Origin: Octopus vulgaris
Taxonomy: Eukaryota
Direction of reading: 5' to 3'
Assembly (NCBI GenBank): GCA_951406725.2
Contig: OX597834.1
Location: forward strand, 372,001 to 436,000
DNA length: 64,000 nt
Below, one piece after another: positions 1 to 12,914 of the stretch. Made by a program: the position numbers and the translations under genes. A model generated the notes under the pieces. That model did not search any database, was not told the DNA's origin, and saw nothing but the letters and a program-made list of their open reading frames with translations. Numbering within the stretch: the first letter of the stretch is position 1; every line of letters begins with the position of its first letter.

Positions 1-284
1 GACAGAATTGTCTGAGGATTGGGACAAACACCATGTGACATATTTCAAGTTCAAATTTTGCTGAGGACAACTTTCTTCCTCTGGGGTTGATAAAATGAGT
101 GACCTATAAAATAACTGGGGTCTTCTGCCCAAATCATAAAGTTGTTTTTTTCTTTTTAATGAACCTTATGACTCATGAGGGTCAGCTGTCCAGTTTCCAC
201 AATATTCTTCTCTGAACTAGGATGATGCTCTATTGTACAATTCAAGGACAGCAGTTTTTGAGAGGAGGGGCAAGTCACTTATTT

Positions 285-388
285 TATGTGCTGTGGTTTG
301 CTGTGATGCTCTTATGATTACTGTATTGAAAGTGTTTTACATAGGATGTGTGCGGTTCCTAGTACTGCCATTGGCACTGCACACGTAA
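285..388 (-). mobile_element. 3' fragment of an R4/Dong-like non-LTR retrotransposon (ORF C-terminus)
   Basis: Minus strand 371-318 reads MAVLGTAHILCKTLSIQ*, resembling the LGTAHILR C-terminus of REL-endonuclease R4/Dong ORFs. It abuts a (TAA)n/(TAG)n tract, the known Dong target type. Confidence 0.55.
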
Positions 389-417
389 ATTATTATTATT
401 ATTTTTACAATTATCAT

Positions 418-464
<47 letters not shown>

Positions 465-481
465 TTATTATTATTATTATT
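389..481. repeat. (TAT)n/(TAC)n microsatellite
   Basis: Directly visible trinucleotide runs. Confidence 0.95.
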
Positions 482-1040
482 GAGTGAGAGAGCAGTGCAT
501 GCCATCAAAGTGACACTGGGGTACAATTATACGAAGCCCAGTATACCCATCATGACTACTCGTCTGATAAGGGTACAGCAGGAACATGTATCATAATCAC
601 ATGTGCGTGACATAGTGATCTTATATCAAGATAAACAGTGCATGACCTTGCAGGTGGGGCCCAGTTAAAATTTACTTCAGGTTTAGTGGCCCATCCCGCT
701 CAAGAGGTCCCTGAATATGGTTTGTTTAAGAACGATGAATGAAACACCCATGTTTCCAGAGGTGAATTATTCAAACCCCAAAGAATTCATCTCAACACAT
801 GGCTACGATGCTCTTCCACTACTTCTGCTCACCATCAGAGATGCACATATCGTCAGCCAATAAGGGACATGCTCAACTGGTGAAGGTCAAAGAACTGACA
901 AGCAAATCTGTGGGATTGAGCAGAATATTTGCTGTAGCCCATCTTTTATACCAAGACAAATCATGTACATGATAACACTTCCAATCAGTTAAGATCAGAA
1001 ACCATAACAGCCACTACCTGGTACTGTATCAGGGCATTTA
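482..1040 (-). mobile_element. Non-coding interspersed repeat bounded by TTA repeats; probable 5' region or non-autonomous derivative of an R4/Dong element
   Basis: About 560 bp of balanced-composition sequence with sharp ends at (TTA)n, next to the Dong-like C-terminal fragment. Family assignment is from recall. Confidence 0.45.
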
Positions 1041-1043
1041 TTA

Positions 1044-2330
1044 CACTGGGGAACATTAAAAAAAAAATTTTTTTCTTGCTTTTTAAAATTAATCCTATCT
1101 AATTTGATGGTTTTGGTTTCAGAAATGCCCCCAGAAATTTCCTATCATGTCAAGTTTTTTGTTGAACAGGAATTCATTTTTTTTACCAAAAAATATCAAT
1201 TTTGTCATTAAATACTGTAATAAGAAACTAACACAAACCAAATAGTACTTTTTATTGTTTAACAGACACAAAACGTTTAATTACACCTCTTAGAATAAAT
1301 ATTTCTGTCAAACTGGGGTTTGAACTTCTCAAGGAAAGAACTTTCTCTTTGTAACATTATGAGAATAAATTGCATCATGACAGCTTCTTTACGATGACCT
1401 GCAGTAGACAGCACCCTGTTGGTGTTGAACCTGCCCTGATACCTAGTCCCCATGTTCTCGATGTCTTGGTGGAATCTTTTTCCTTGCTCATCACTTATTG
1501 CCTTAGGATTTTCAAGCAAGTAGTCCAGATGACTTGTGCAGGAAATGCACATTTACACTCAGGTTGCAACCCAGTGCTCGAAAACTAGTTAACAGGGTCT
1601 GCACAAGATCTTCATAATTTGATGGCTTCCTGTTTCTCAGGAAATCAAGTACAACTGCAACAAAAGCATTCCCTGCTTCTTTTTCAATGCCAGACATGGT
1701 CTCCAAAAGTAGCTCGTCCTGTGATAGTCCCCTAATATGTGGCCCATCAAACACACCAACCTTATTTTTCTCACAAGACAAAGCTGGAAACTTTCTGCTT
1801 AAGCATTTGAAGCAGTCACTGCCTCAGTGTTTCAACACAGGTTTTGCCCACAATATGGGCTGCCCAGGCTTTGTCTTGTCACCCAGTTTCATCCTAAAGT
1901 AAAGAAGTGAGGTAAGCTTTTTTCACAAAATCTGTGATTTTGTTTCACTGCCTAATCCAGAAATAAGCAGAGGACATCAGAACTGTTTTGACATTCTCTT
2001 CTCTGACAACTGGCCATATTTCTGAAATACAAAACATATTCAAGCCAGTTGTCGGCTGGAGAAGCATTTTCAGAATACTCAACAGTTATAAAGTAAGAAA
2101 ATGCAGATTTGTGATGGCAAAATTCCATAAAGAGTATACACACCACGAAGTTCTCTTTACAGTTCTTTGACCATGCTTAATGAAAAGTGATTTTGATCCA
2201 TGTGACCTTACAATCAAAACATTAAGGGCACATTCAAAATACCAATTTCCATAAGAGACAGTTTAAAGTTCAACAAAGCATGTCTCATACTAAATTAAGC
2301 AAAGCAAGGGCAAATTTGCAGATAGATTCT
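1044..2330 (-). mobile_element. Chapaev3-like (CMC superfamily) DNA transposon remnant with frameshifted transposase
   Basis: Minus-strand fragments GVFDGPHIR...LGCNLSVNVHFLH and SHLDYLLENPKAISDEQGKRFHQDIENMGTRYQG match the Chapaev3 C-terminal HSHLD...SDEQGERFHQD motif. The terminus is TTA|CACTGGGGAACA at 1044. The other end was not found. Confidence 0.7.
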
Positions 2331-2610
2331 GCAAATATGAGATGTATGGTGTCAAGGGCCACAAAAATATGTTGTTTCTTAAAATTTAAATGCAGAAAGG
2401 AAATTTCTGCCATCTTCATGACATTTAAAACTGGTTGAGTTCAAAATAATGAAAGTTGTTCAAGTTTCAATCTTTTTATTTACTAAAGATTATAACTTCT
2501 GCTTTCACTTTTTTAATTGTATTTACTTTAAATCATCCATCACTTTGAATCCAGGTTTTGTTTCCATTAAGAGGGGTGGCCAGATCTACCTCAATGCTAT
2601 AGCAACCACC

Positions 2611-3977
2611 CTCACACCATCTTGCCATCTTGACTGGTTTGGGCATCCTCCCTTTTCAAGCCAACCCTCCCAATCTCCTTCTCCACCTGTCCCCTCCATG
2701 TTTTTCTCAGTCTACCTTGCTTTTGCTCTCCATTTACCTCAAACTCGAGCTCCCTCTTCAGAACATGCTCCCTCATGCCCATACCATCGCACTCCATTCG
2801 CCCTTGCCAGCAATTTCACTGATTCCTTCAACCCCAGCATCCCCATCAAGTCCTCAGTCCTCATCTTATCAAACAACCTCATGCCACACATTTCTCTCAG
2901 TCCATCTCAAAATTGCCGTCTCTCTCTCTCTCTCTCCCTCAAAAACCATGTCTCACTCCCATACAGCATTGCAGCTCTCACACAACACCTATTGACCCTT
3001 CCTTTCATCTTCAATGAAAACCTTTTCCCATATAACAACACTCCACTTTCCCTCAACTTCACCCAGCCAAGTCTTGTTCTTGCTGTCACAGCTGATTCCC
3101 ATCCACCAGTTACATCCACCCTATCGCTCAAATAACAAAACTCTCTCACCGTCTCCACCTCATCACATTCTGTTTCCACTAATTTCGCCAGCCCTCCAGC
3201 TCCTTTCTCACATCTTCCACAAAGAAACTCCCTTGCTAGTCTTGGGCTCACCTTCATTTTCGTACATCTGCCATGAAACTATTTATCACATCTAGTACAC
3301 AACACTGTATTTACTATTACCCTCCTCCCATGTACACCACATGGATCCACCTTACTCACTAACACTTCTCCTTCCACCCCACTCACCATCACCTTTGTTT
3401 TCCCGAGGTTTACCTTCAAACCCTTGCTTTCAAATACCTCCTTCCATTTCCAAAACTTCTCCCTCAATCCCTCCATCATCTCACTCATCAGAACAAGGTC
3501 ATCCGCATACAGTATCTCCACCATCAATCCCTCCCTTGCACTCTCCATCACCACATCAACCACTATTGAAAACAACAATGGTGACTACTCAGATCCCTGA
3601 TGCACACCAACTTTCACTGCAAACTCCTCCGACAGTTCTCATCCAATTCTAACTCTGGTCTCTACCCTCTCATACAAACTCATCACTGCCCTCACTATTA
3701 CCTCTAGTACACCCCTCTTCCTCAATGCCCACTCAATCACCTTCCTTGGAACCCTTTCAAATGCCTTCTCCACATCAACAAAGCACAACTCCTTCCTCTT
3801 ATCTCGGTATTCCTCCAGCAGTCTCCTTACAATGAACACTGCATCTCTTGTACCCTTTCCTGGCATAAAACCAAATTGCATCTCATCTACATCCACCCCT
3901 TTCCAAATTCTCCTCTCCAACACCCTCTCTGCTATCTTCATTGCATGCTCCAATAACTTTACTCCTCTATACGGCAT
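2611..3977 (-). mobile_element. RTE-clade LINE fragment (RT domain), frameshifted; divergent from the other RTE copies
   Basis: YRGVKLLEHAMK, QFGFMPGKGT.DAVF, CFVDVEKAFERVP, ILYADDLVL, EFCYLSD and AMLYGSETW motifs across ORFs 3639-3977, 3279-3578 and 2907-3257. Confidence 0.92.
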
Positions 3978-4489
3978 TGAAAAGCTGTCTTCAAAGTTAT
4001 GTCAAGCTCCATACCCTAACCCCACGGATCAATGAGTATCAGTAATATAATAAACTTTAGGGAACTGACTGACTGACTTTGCTCTCCTTTCCCACAACAT
4101 TCCTGTGGGTGGGGGTGGGGGTGCTTGTAGTAAAGTTAAAAACGTGTTGTTGTTATTGTTGCCGTTGCTGTTGTTGTTTACACTTAAAGTAAATAATGTT
4201 GTTAAGTGCTGGCATTTGTTGATGTTTAATTAAACTACATTAATGACAAATTGAGGGCACTTGTATGTGCTAGACATAGCAGTCAAATCTTCCTCTGATC
4301 ATATCAGGACACACAATGTAATCCCAGATATACAATGTCTGAAAAATAAACAGATGGGTTTGTCATAGCTGGAATGTCACTTCTAGATCTGCTGACTCAG
4401 GCTTGACCTAGGGCTAAATAACAGCAACCAGATTGACAGTCAGCAGCAACGTGATACAGTGTAAGAATTTTTACAGACATGGATTACTC

Positions 4490-4700
4490 TTACTACCACC
4501 ACCACTGTCACTGCTGCTACTACTACCACCTCCACAATGACCACCACCACCACCACCACCACCACCAACACTACTACCACCTCTCATACTGCAACTACCA
4601 CCACCACTATCCCCATTACCACTACAACCATTAGAACCACTACTACAGCCACCCCTATACCACTACTACAACTGCCACTCCCAAGACGACCACCACTACC
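4490..4700. repeat. (ACC/ACT)n low-complexity tract
   Basis: Visible degenerate trinucleotide repeat; explains the poly-Thr ORF. Confidence 0.9.
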
Positions 4701-5770
4701 AGACAGTTTGCGTGACCAAGAAATAAAACAGCCAGGCTATATTATATTTGACAGACATTGACTGTATTTCACGTTAAAGTTGATGAGACATGAAATAGTT
4801 TTGAGCTGTTGCATTTTAAATAGGAGACATTTCTTGAAGACTCAGTGGAGCATCCAATAAAATGTCAGGTTACATTTAGTTATCACCGTTTATATTCTGA
4901 GTTCAGATCCCACTGATGTCAGTCTTGCCTTGATTAAATACACTGTCCATGTTTTGGCTCATGTTAGTCTTGTTGAGTCGGTAGAGCATCCACAGACCTT
5001 TAGGTTCTCAGCTCAAATCTTACCAACATCAATTTGACTCTTGTGGGGCTGAGTAAATAAAACATCGGTCATACATTGAGGTTGGTGTATATAGTCCTAT
5101 CATGCCTTGTTAAATGTGAATGGGGGGAGGCAGAAGAGGAGGAGGAGGGGGACAACAACAATGAGGATGAAGAGGACGATGAGTTGATGTTCTCTTTTTT
5201 GTTTATTTGAATTTCATTGCAAACCATCCAGGGTCAATCCAGATGTTTACAAAGATTAAAGAATGTCATGGTGACTATTTGAAATCACATGTGTAAAACT
5301 AGTTTCTTCCCTTCCATCTTGATAAAAGGCTTATGCCCAAATCATTGGTTCCATTTCTTCCTATTTCAACCTGGTAGAATTCATTGATTGTTTTCTTTTC
5401 ATTTCTCTTTTTGTCCAAAAATTGGTGCATTTGGATTTTTCTCTGTCGATTCCCATCACCAACTGAATTCCTCAGATTTTGGATTTCCTCAAATAATATT
5501 ATTAGCTGCTGCCCTGTTTGAAAGTTCTGTATTTGATTTAAGTTTATCATCTTCACAAAGCCGATAGTCTTTTCCTTTTAAATCAATTCTCTGTGTGTTT
5601 GATCGCTCCAAGCAAGTTTGAGTGAAGATACCAAAATGTGTGCAAAAGACAGCAACAGCATTAGAACGGATTAAAGAACAACACCAACAACAACAACACT
5701 TGAAAGAGAAAAATAAATGCTTCTGTATGTATGCAACATTTGTATATGTATCTGTGTGTATGTGTGTGTA

Positions 5771-5827
<57 letters not shown>

Positions 5828-7589
5828 ATATATATGTATGTATATGTATGTGTCAATATATATATGAATTTTCAAAACAACAATTCATTTAACAAAACAG
5901 GCAAAACAAGGAGAAAACATAATGAAAGTTCAGTAATATTGATACATTAAAAATATAAATTACACAACAATCAACATTCTAATTATTAAAACAGGGGAAA
6001 AATACCGTTTGAATATTATAATTAGCTAAAACTACAATTGAGATGCAGTTGTTAAAGAAGCAGTCTTTCCTTGCACACAGCATTCAATAAAACAGTTAAA
6101 TTGTAACTAAATGTGAATGCATGTATGTGGTGTGTGTGTGTGTGTGTGTGTGCACGTGCGTGTGTGTGTGTGTGCATGTATGTGCGTGTGTATGTGTGTG
6201 TGTGTGTGTGGTGTATGTTCATTCCAGCTGTTGGTGAAAACTTTTATTCCATCTGCTGAGAAGAAGCAATCTTTCCTTATAATACTGGAGATGAAGGCTG
6301 TACTCCAGCATGGCCAAAACAAAAGGAAGACAAAGCTAACAAAGTGGTCTTAGCATGAGTTAATCTTTTATAATAATTGCATTACCATTTGGGATGTTAC
6401 CGTATAACTGCAGTGCTGTCCTATGCTAAGACTGTCATACTGTAACAGTTGCATTCAAGAACATTTTATGGGAATATTCGATTGATCTCTGACATTTGTT
6501 GATAGTTTATTTAATGACCCAGAAAAGTCGAATGACAAACTTTACCTAAATCAGATACAAACTAAAACCACAAAGATCCATTAGTACTGCCTGGCATTTA
6601 ATCTGATTCTCTAAGGATTTGACCAATCAGATTATTGCGTACTTTAGCAATTGGTGAACTATTGAGTAATTGATTACAAGTCTCTAGCAGCAGCCAGTCA
6701 CTAGCAAACTGATGTGAGAATGACAAGGGAGTATCTGTGACTGGGGTCAGAACAAACATCACAGAGTTCTTTTTTAAGAACACCATTTTGTATTGATTTT
6801 CTTTTCCCCCTGTGATTACTTATGTTACTGACAGCTTGTTGCTGGAGTTGCAGGGAAATGAGGAAAATCTCATTGGCTGGGGAAATAATAAACTGAAGCA
6901 ACTTGCAACCGTTTGACTGATTATTTATTGCTGGACATAATAAAGATATTGGGTGTTGGTTATTTACAATGAGCAATATAAATAATTAGTGAACGGCAAA
7001 GAGACAAACTGCACTGAAATTATAGAAAGCTATCTGTGTGGCAACATGCAGTAGCAAACAGTTTGTTGGAGGGAAAAGAGGTTGTGTTCAGGAATAATTG
7101 AGTCAACCATATCACACCATAGCCTTACTCTGATTGGTTGATTGATCACATAAAAGGATGGCAGTTCACTTGAGGTGTCTGACCAAGTGTCTAGGGATTA
7201 GGCTTTGAATCTCTGTTACATACACTTCATTGGTGCAGAAACACATGACAGGTTTCTGTACAGTTTCCATCTACCAATTTAGCATTACAAGTTATTGTTC
7301 ATCCTAAGGCTGTTATAGGGGACACTTGCTCAAGATGTTGAGCAGTGGGACCAAACAAGAGACAAAACTGAAGACAAAACAAACATTTTACCCACACAAT
7401 CTCTGGCCTTCATCCACACAGCCCCTTGCCATCATCCACATGGCCTCTTGCCCTCATCCAGACACCCCCTTGCCATCATCCACATGGCCTCTTGCCTGGG
7501 GATTGTTCTTGCAATAACATCTTTACTTGGAATTTCAAAGTAACATGTGAGATGTTGTACAGAGATATTACAGCAATCAGGTGGGAGTG

Positions 7590-7850
7590 CTGGTGTCTCA
7601 CAAAAAGCACTCATGATGGTGCCACGAAAAAAGTGGCTATGCCAGTGCCATACAAAAGCACCCAAGCCAGTGCCACATAAAAGTGCCCAGTCCACACTCT
7701 GTGAAGTGGTTGGTATTAGGAAGGGCATCCAATCATAGGAACGCTGCCAAAGCAGACAATTGGAATCTTGGCATCAGCTTTCTACCTTGCCAGCTCCTGT
7801 CAGCCTTTCCAACCCATGCTAGCATGGAAAGCAGATGTAAGATGACAATG
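7590..7850 (+). mobile_element. RTE LINE 3' UTR fragment
   Basis: GTGGTTGGTATTAGGAAGGGCATCCA and CCAACCCATGCTAGCATGGAAAGCAGATGT match the 3' ends of the RTE copies at about 19360-19500 and 58710-58857. Confidence 0.8.
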
Positions 7851-8110
7851 AGTGTAAATTGGTCTATCCAATAGTGTTACACCACTAAACTCAGTGGGTA
7901 TTTAAGCAGTGTGACCATGGAGAGGGTGGGTTGGAGGTGGGCTGGAATATGCATAGACACCCATTTCATATTTTTCCTGTCTTTAATCACATTGTTTGTA
8001 TAGATATGTTCATATACAAAACATCATAACTTGCAGTCCTGGCTCTGAATTCAATAGAAAATCTAGAGAAATAAACTAATATATTCTACCAAGCAACAGC
8101 AGACACTGAC

Positions 8111-8184
8111 AAAGTCTACCAAGTGACTGGCAATACAAACAAAGTCTACCAAGTGACTGGCAATACAAACAAAGTCTACCAAGT
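8111..8184. repeat. 30-bp tandem repeat, about 2.5 copies
   Basis: Unit AAAGTCTACCAAGTGACTGGCAATACAAAC. Confidence 0.9.
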
Positions 8185-10234
8185 TACGCAGTAAAACAAT
8201 GATTTTTAAAATGATTCTACATCGAATAAATATTTTTTTATGACATTTATATCAGGAGTGAAAATGATTGTGTTTAATTTCCCTGATTCACATTTTTGAT
8301 ATCATTTGGTTTCATAACATTTTCTTACAATTTGTCATCAACACAAAATCATGGTAACTGGGATAGAAATATCTAGATTTGAAACTGAACTTTCCAATTC
8401 AAGAAAAAGAAAAAGAAAAGAACAAGCATTTTTTTTTTCTTGCCAACCTTAGATGTGGCCTTTCTTTGTGTCTAATTTAACAAAATAGTTGTCTTGTGAG
8501 AAAATTTCCTCTTCATTGCAGATGTTAGCATAAAGTCAGTTATTGGAAAATATCAAACTGAACTGGGCCGTGACCTTTCCAGCCACAGTTTATCATCTTC
8601 TGCAAAACCAACATCAGCTAAGTTGAGCCAATCTATTGGAAAAACTGAACTTGTTATTCACTGTAGCAACAATCAATTGACATTTCATCTTGTTATTTAA
8701 ATATGATCTTAAAAACCATTAATATAAATTATTTATTACAGAATATCTATATTAAAATAAAACAACAACAGAACATTAAATCCTGTGTAAATATGGAAGA
8801 AAAATATACAAAGAAGTCAAAGGATTTGCCATGAAGAAATGGAAAATATTATATTTATTTCATTTTCCATTTTGGTGATGGAGGAATCACAATGGCTTTC
8901 TAGGGTTCTTGATTTTAACTCAATAATTCTAATCGTATTTTATTTTATTTCATGTCATACAACACATCAGTTCTCTGAGTTTTGGGATAGTTTTCGTAAC
9001 ATGCTAAACAAGATTGCTGGCCCTTTGCTCATCTACTCTTCCTTATTTCTTGTTGGAAAGGGTTGCAATGAGTGAGTCCCTCTGACCCTCTCACAGGGCA
9101 AAGGGAGAGAGAGAGAAAGGAAGGAATCAGCTACTATTCTTGACCCCTATTTTATTTTTAGGCTCCAGAGGGATTAATGGCACAGTTAACATGATGCTGA
9201 TTACAGTGGGTGCTACAGAGTAGTTCCTAATTCAATAATTATTGAACCAGAATAAGGGTAAATGGGGTCAAAGTCATATTTAGGAATCCATAACTAAGCA
9301 CCTGCCTCACAGTGACATCAGTTTTTCTGTGGTTCTTTATAAAAGACATAAAAAAATCAGTGTTGACTCAGAAGGAAACACAGAACATTGGTCCTTTAAA
9401 TTTTTTTTTTATTTAAAAGGAAGAAAGCCCTACCTTTGACCCTTTTTAAGACTTTTGAGAGACAAGGGGAGGAAGTGGAGAAGTTGGTCACATACTGGAG
9501 ACTAGGCAACAAAATGGTCTCTGCAAAAGGCCCTGCTCCTCAAAGGAAAAGAATAATTGCTGTCACTTCCACATATCTGTGCATTTACTGAAAATCCACC
9601 CAGTTTTGGTTGACCTAAACTTATGATTCAAGGTGCAGCTCAGCAGGATGGAACCTAAAACCACATAGTTGTAAATCAAACTTCTTAACATCTAAACCAA
9701 ACCACTTTATGTGTATGTGGAGGGGGGGAAAACACAAAATTGGACCTTCATAGCTACATTAATGGACTATGAACCAGTTCCTGTAAAACCGTTCTACCAC
9801 ATGTGAGATCAAGTTACAGTAGATTAAGTCTTGCTGATGAGCTATAATAAAGCAGAAATATGTCCCCAGTTATCTCCATTGCTATCACACATCAGACTGT
9901 CACCTCTGTACAGTCTATTAATAATTCACTTTAAGTGTGTTGTCTCCCTTGCTGTTCTTCACCAGAATTAATCATTATTTTTTTCCCTTCATTAAAAGTT
10001 TTTTACCTCCTTGTTTCATTAATTAGTATGTTAATTAATTAGTATTTTCATATTAATCATTAGGTTAACACCAAATTTATAATTTATGTTTTCTTACGGC
10101 AGAGTGTGTGTGTGTGTGTGGGTGTGGTAATGAGTTTTTACTCTTATCATCCATCCCACTCCCCAATTAGAGCTGAATTTAAAAGTGCAACTTTGAAACG
10201 ATCAAGATACAGTCTGTATCAATGAGGAATAATA

Positions 10235-10337
10235 TCTGTCTGTCTATCTAACTATCTCTCTCTCTCTCTGTCTATCTATCTGTCTGTCTATCTATCTATC
10301 TGTCTGTCTGTCAGTCTCTCTCTCTCTCTCTATCTAC

Positions 10338-10379
<42 letters not shown>

Positions 10380-10404
10380 GTCTGTCTATCTATCTATCTA
10401 TCTA

Positions 10405-10487
<83 letters not shown>

Positions 10488-10535
10488 GTCTGTCTATCTA
10501 TCTGTCTGTCAGTCTCTCTCTCTCTATCTATCTAT
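10235..10535. repeat. (CTAT)n/(CTGT)n/(CT)n compound microsatellite
   Basis: Directly visible. Confidence 0.95.
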
Positions 10536-12048
10536 CATCTGCAAGATAAATAGAAGATTGTTAGCTTCTATTTGTCTTGATGATAATAGATAGTGAGGTA
10601 GGTAGATGGATAAATAGATATATATATAGAGAGAAAGAGAGAGTGAGAGAGACAGGTGATTGGCAGATAGTTGTATAAATAGAAAAGGGAGAGAAAGAGA
10701 AATAGAAGGAAAGAAAATCATAGCAACATATCAAGAGAGAGAGAGAGAGAGAAAGAAAGAAAAAGAGAAATTGAAAAAATAGAGAGAGAGAGAGAGAGAG
10801 AGTGAGGTGAGCTGTTATGCGTGTATAGTTTTAACACTTTCACATATAAAATGGTTGAAACCAATTTCTCTTCTGCTGAAGTATTTTTTTTTTCTCTGAC
10901 TGACTGATAACATATTTGCCCTAATTATTTTGACACAAAGAACACAAACCGTTATCGACCAGGTAATTCTTCATTACCTCATCTATACTTATAAACTGTA
11001 TAAATATGGTATTACTTCAAATATGGACTAAGTTAGATGAGAATGATGCAACAGAAACTAAGTCTATATTTTAGAGTGAAATAAAATTCTCTTTTGCGTT
11101 TCAGTCAAAGAAAGGGTAATATTCCTATTTTAGAGTTTTCTTGACTGGCAGCAGAATGAAGGAAATTATTTTCTGACCAGAGGTCTAGCTTTTGTTCTTG
11201 CAACATACTGGACTCTACTAGGGGTAGCCAAGGACCAGGTGGAATCCCCACACTAGTTTTCCACCAGTGACACATCATGAGGTGTGGAGGGTGCGCAAAC
11301 CACACAGGGTGGCCATATTATGTGTTTTAGCTATAGTTGAAGGTATGGAATGTTTTGACAGACAAACCATCATGCTATGCCACTAGTTCCACACAGGTTT
11401 TGTCGACCAATTTTCTTCACACAGCTTTAGCCAATCTGAAGAGGTGATGGTAGAAGACACTTGTCCAAGGTGCCACACAATGGGACTGAACCCAAAAGTC
11501 TGTAGTTATGAAATCAAGTTCTTCACCACTGTACCATGTTTGCACCCATCAGTTGTTGTGACGCCAACTAACACAAAATAAATTTAATTGACATGATGGA
11601 ATTAATGGAATTTAATTTGATCTGTTCGCACCCATTACCATTACCTTGCTATTAATTTCTCTGTAGAATTGTGTGGGTGAGAAAGACAGAAATAGGTGAG
11701 CAGTGTGGGGTGGGGTGGAGTTTGCGACTGGAAAACAAAAAAAAAACAAAAAATAAGCAAAGGAGTATAAAAAGAAATGAGAAAGCAACGAGCTTTTATT
11801 GATTTGTCTTGTTGGAGAAATGGTAAACATCTTTTCGTATGTTAATTTTACAGAATTACAGAACCAATTCATTTTACCAAAGAGAAATGAAGAATACTCA
11901 AGAGAATCCATAAATGACTTGAATTTTGTGAAGATGTGAATGTGTAGGAACTTAATTCTTTCCCATGTAAGCTTCTCACCAAACTGACTTACAACAGAAT
12001 ATCTATAGAATTTATTAATTGATTCTCAATATCAGCCCAAAAATTAAC

Positions 12049-12162
12049 AGTGATCAAAAATTAAGAGTGATCAAAAATTAAGAGTGATCAAAAATTAAGA
12101 GTGATCATCTGCTCATTTGCATCCTTCACATTTGCATCCTTCACATTTGCATCCTTCACATT
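12049..12162. repeat. Two adjacent short minisatellites (17-bp and 15-bp units)
   Basis: AGTGATCAAAAATTAAG about 3.5 copies, then CATTTGCATCCTTCA about 3 copies. Confidence 0.9.
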
Positions 12163-12698
12163 CATGCAGGCACAAGGTTTCTTTTTTTTTATTATTGTTT
12201 TTCAAAAATTCTTCTAACAGTATTTTGTCAAATTTATTTCATGAGTTATTTCTTCGTTAAGGTTTGCTGATCCCGGCATCTATCACAAGACCTATGTCCC
12301 CATAGCTTCAATGTACTCAAAATATTCAGCTCTGTCTCTCCTGTGCTTAATTAATCTTCTAACACCATTTAATAGTTAATGATTTGAATATCAGAAGAAT
12401 GGCTAATAATTCAAAATGCTTTCCACGTGGATTAGACTTTGGAGTAAAAACAAAGCTCATTGTTTGGTTAACATTAATTATCATAATTAATTATTTCTTT
12501 ATTATATAAAAAAGAAGACTGGAATTTCAAGACTTTCTGCAATATCTCATATTTGAGCAAGATACTGTTTTTGTTGTTATTTGACCCCAGGCTAGCCCTT
12601 ATCCAGCACACTTATGATCAAAGACAATCAAGCTATGACCATTCCATCTTTTTTATTCAGGCACAGTGTATCGAAGATTACAATATTTAATATTCTTA

Positions 12699-12914
12699 AG
12701 GTGGTGAGCTGGCAGAAACATTAGCACACTAGGTGAAATGCTTAGCAGTATTTCGTCTGCGGTTACGTTCTGAGTTCAAATTCTGCCAAGGTCAACTTTG
12801 CCTTTCATCCTTTCAGGTTTGATAAATTAAGTACCAGTTGCAAACTGATGTCGATCTAATCAACTGCCCCCTCCCTCCCCAAAAATTTCGGGCCTTGTGC
12901 CTGGAGTAGAAAAG
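12699..12914 (+). mobile_element. tRNA-derived SINE with Nin/Deu-like central domain, nested in another repeat
   Basis: A box TGGCAGAAACATT, B box GAGTTCAAATTC and core CTTTGCCTTTCATCCTTTCAGG..GATAAATTAAGTACCAG. Flanked by the direct repeat AATATTTAAT (12682-12691, 12915-12924). Related copies at about 1-130, 27628, 36222, 40245, 43455 and 51180. Confidence 0.85.

Noticed and set aside
2449-3135. 228-aa plus-strand ORF (also 58123-58827 and 37568-38002)
   Set aside because: Antisense shadows of RTE coding or UTR sequence.
8111-8184. 30-bp direct repeats as a CRISPR array (also 12049-12162 and 60740-61250)
   Set aside because: Contiguous units without unique spacers, in a eukaryotic context with no cas genes.
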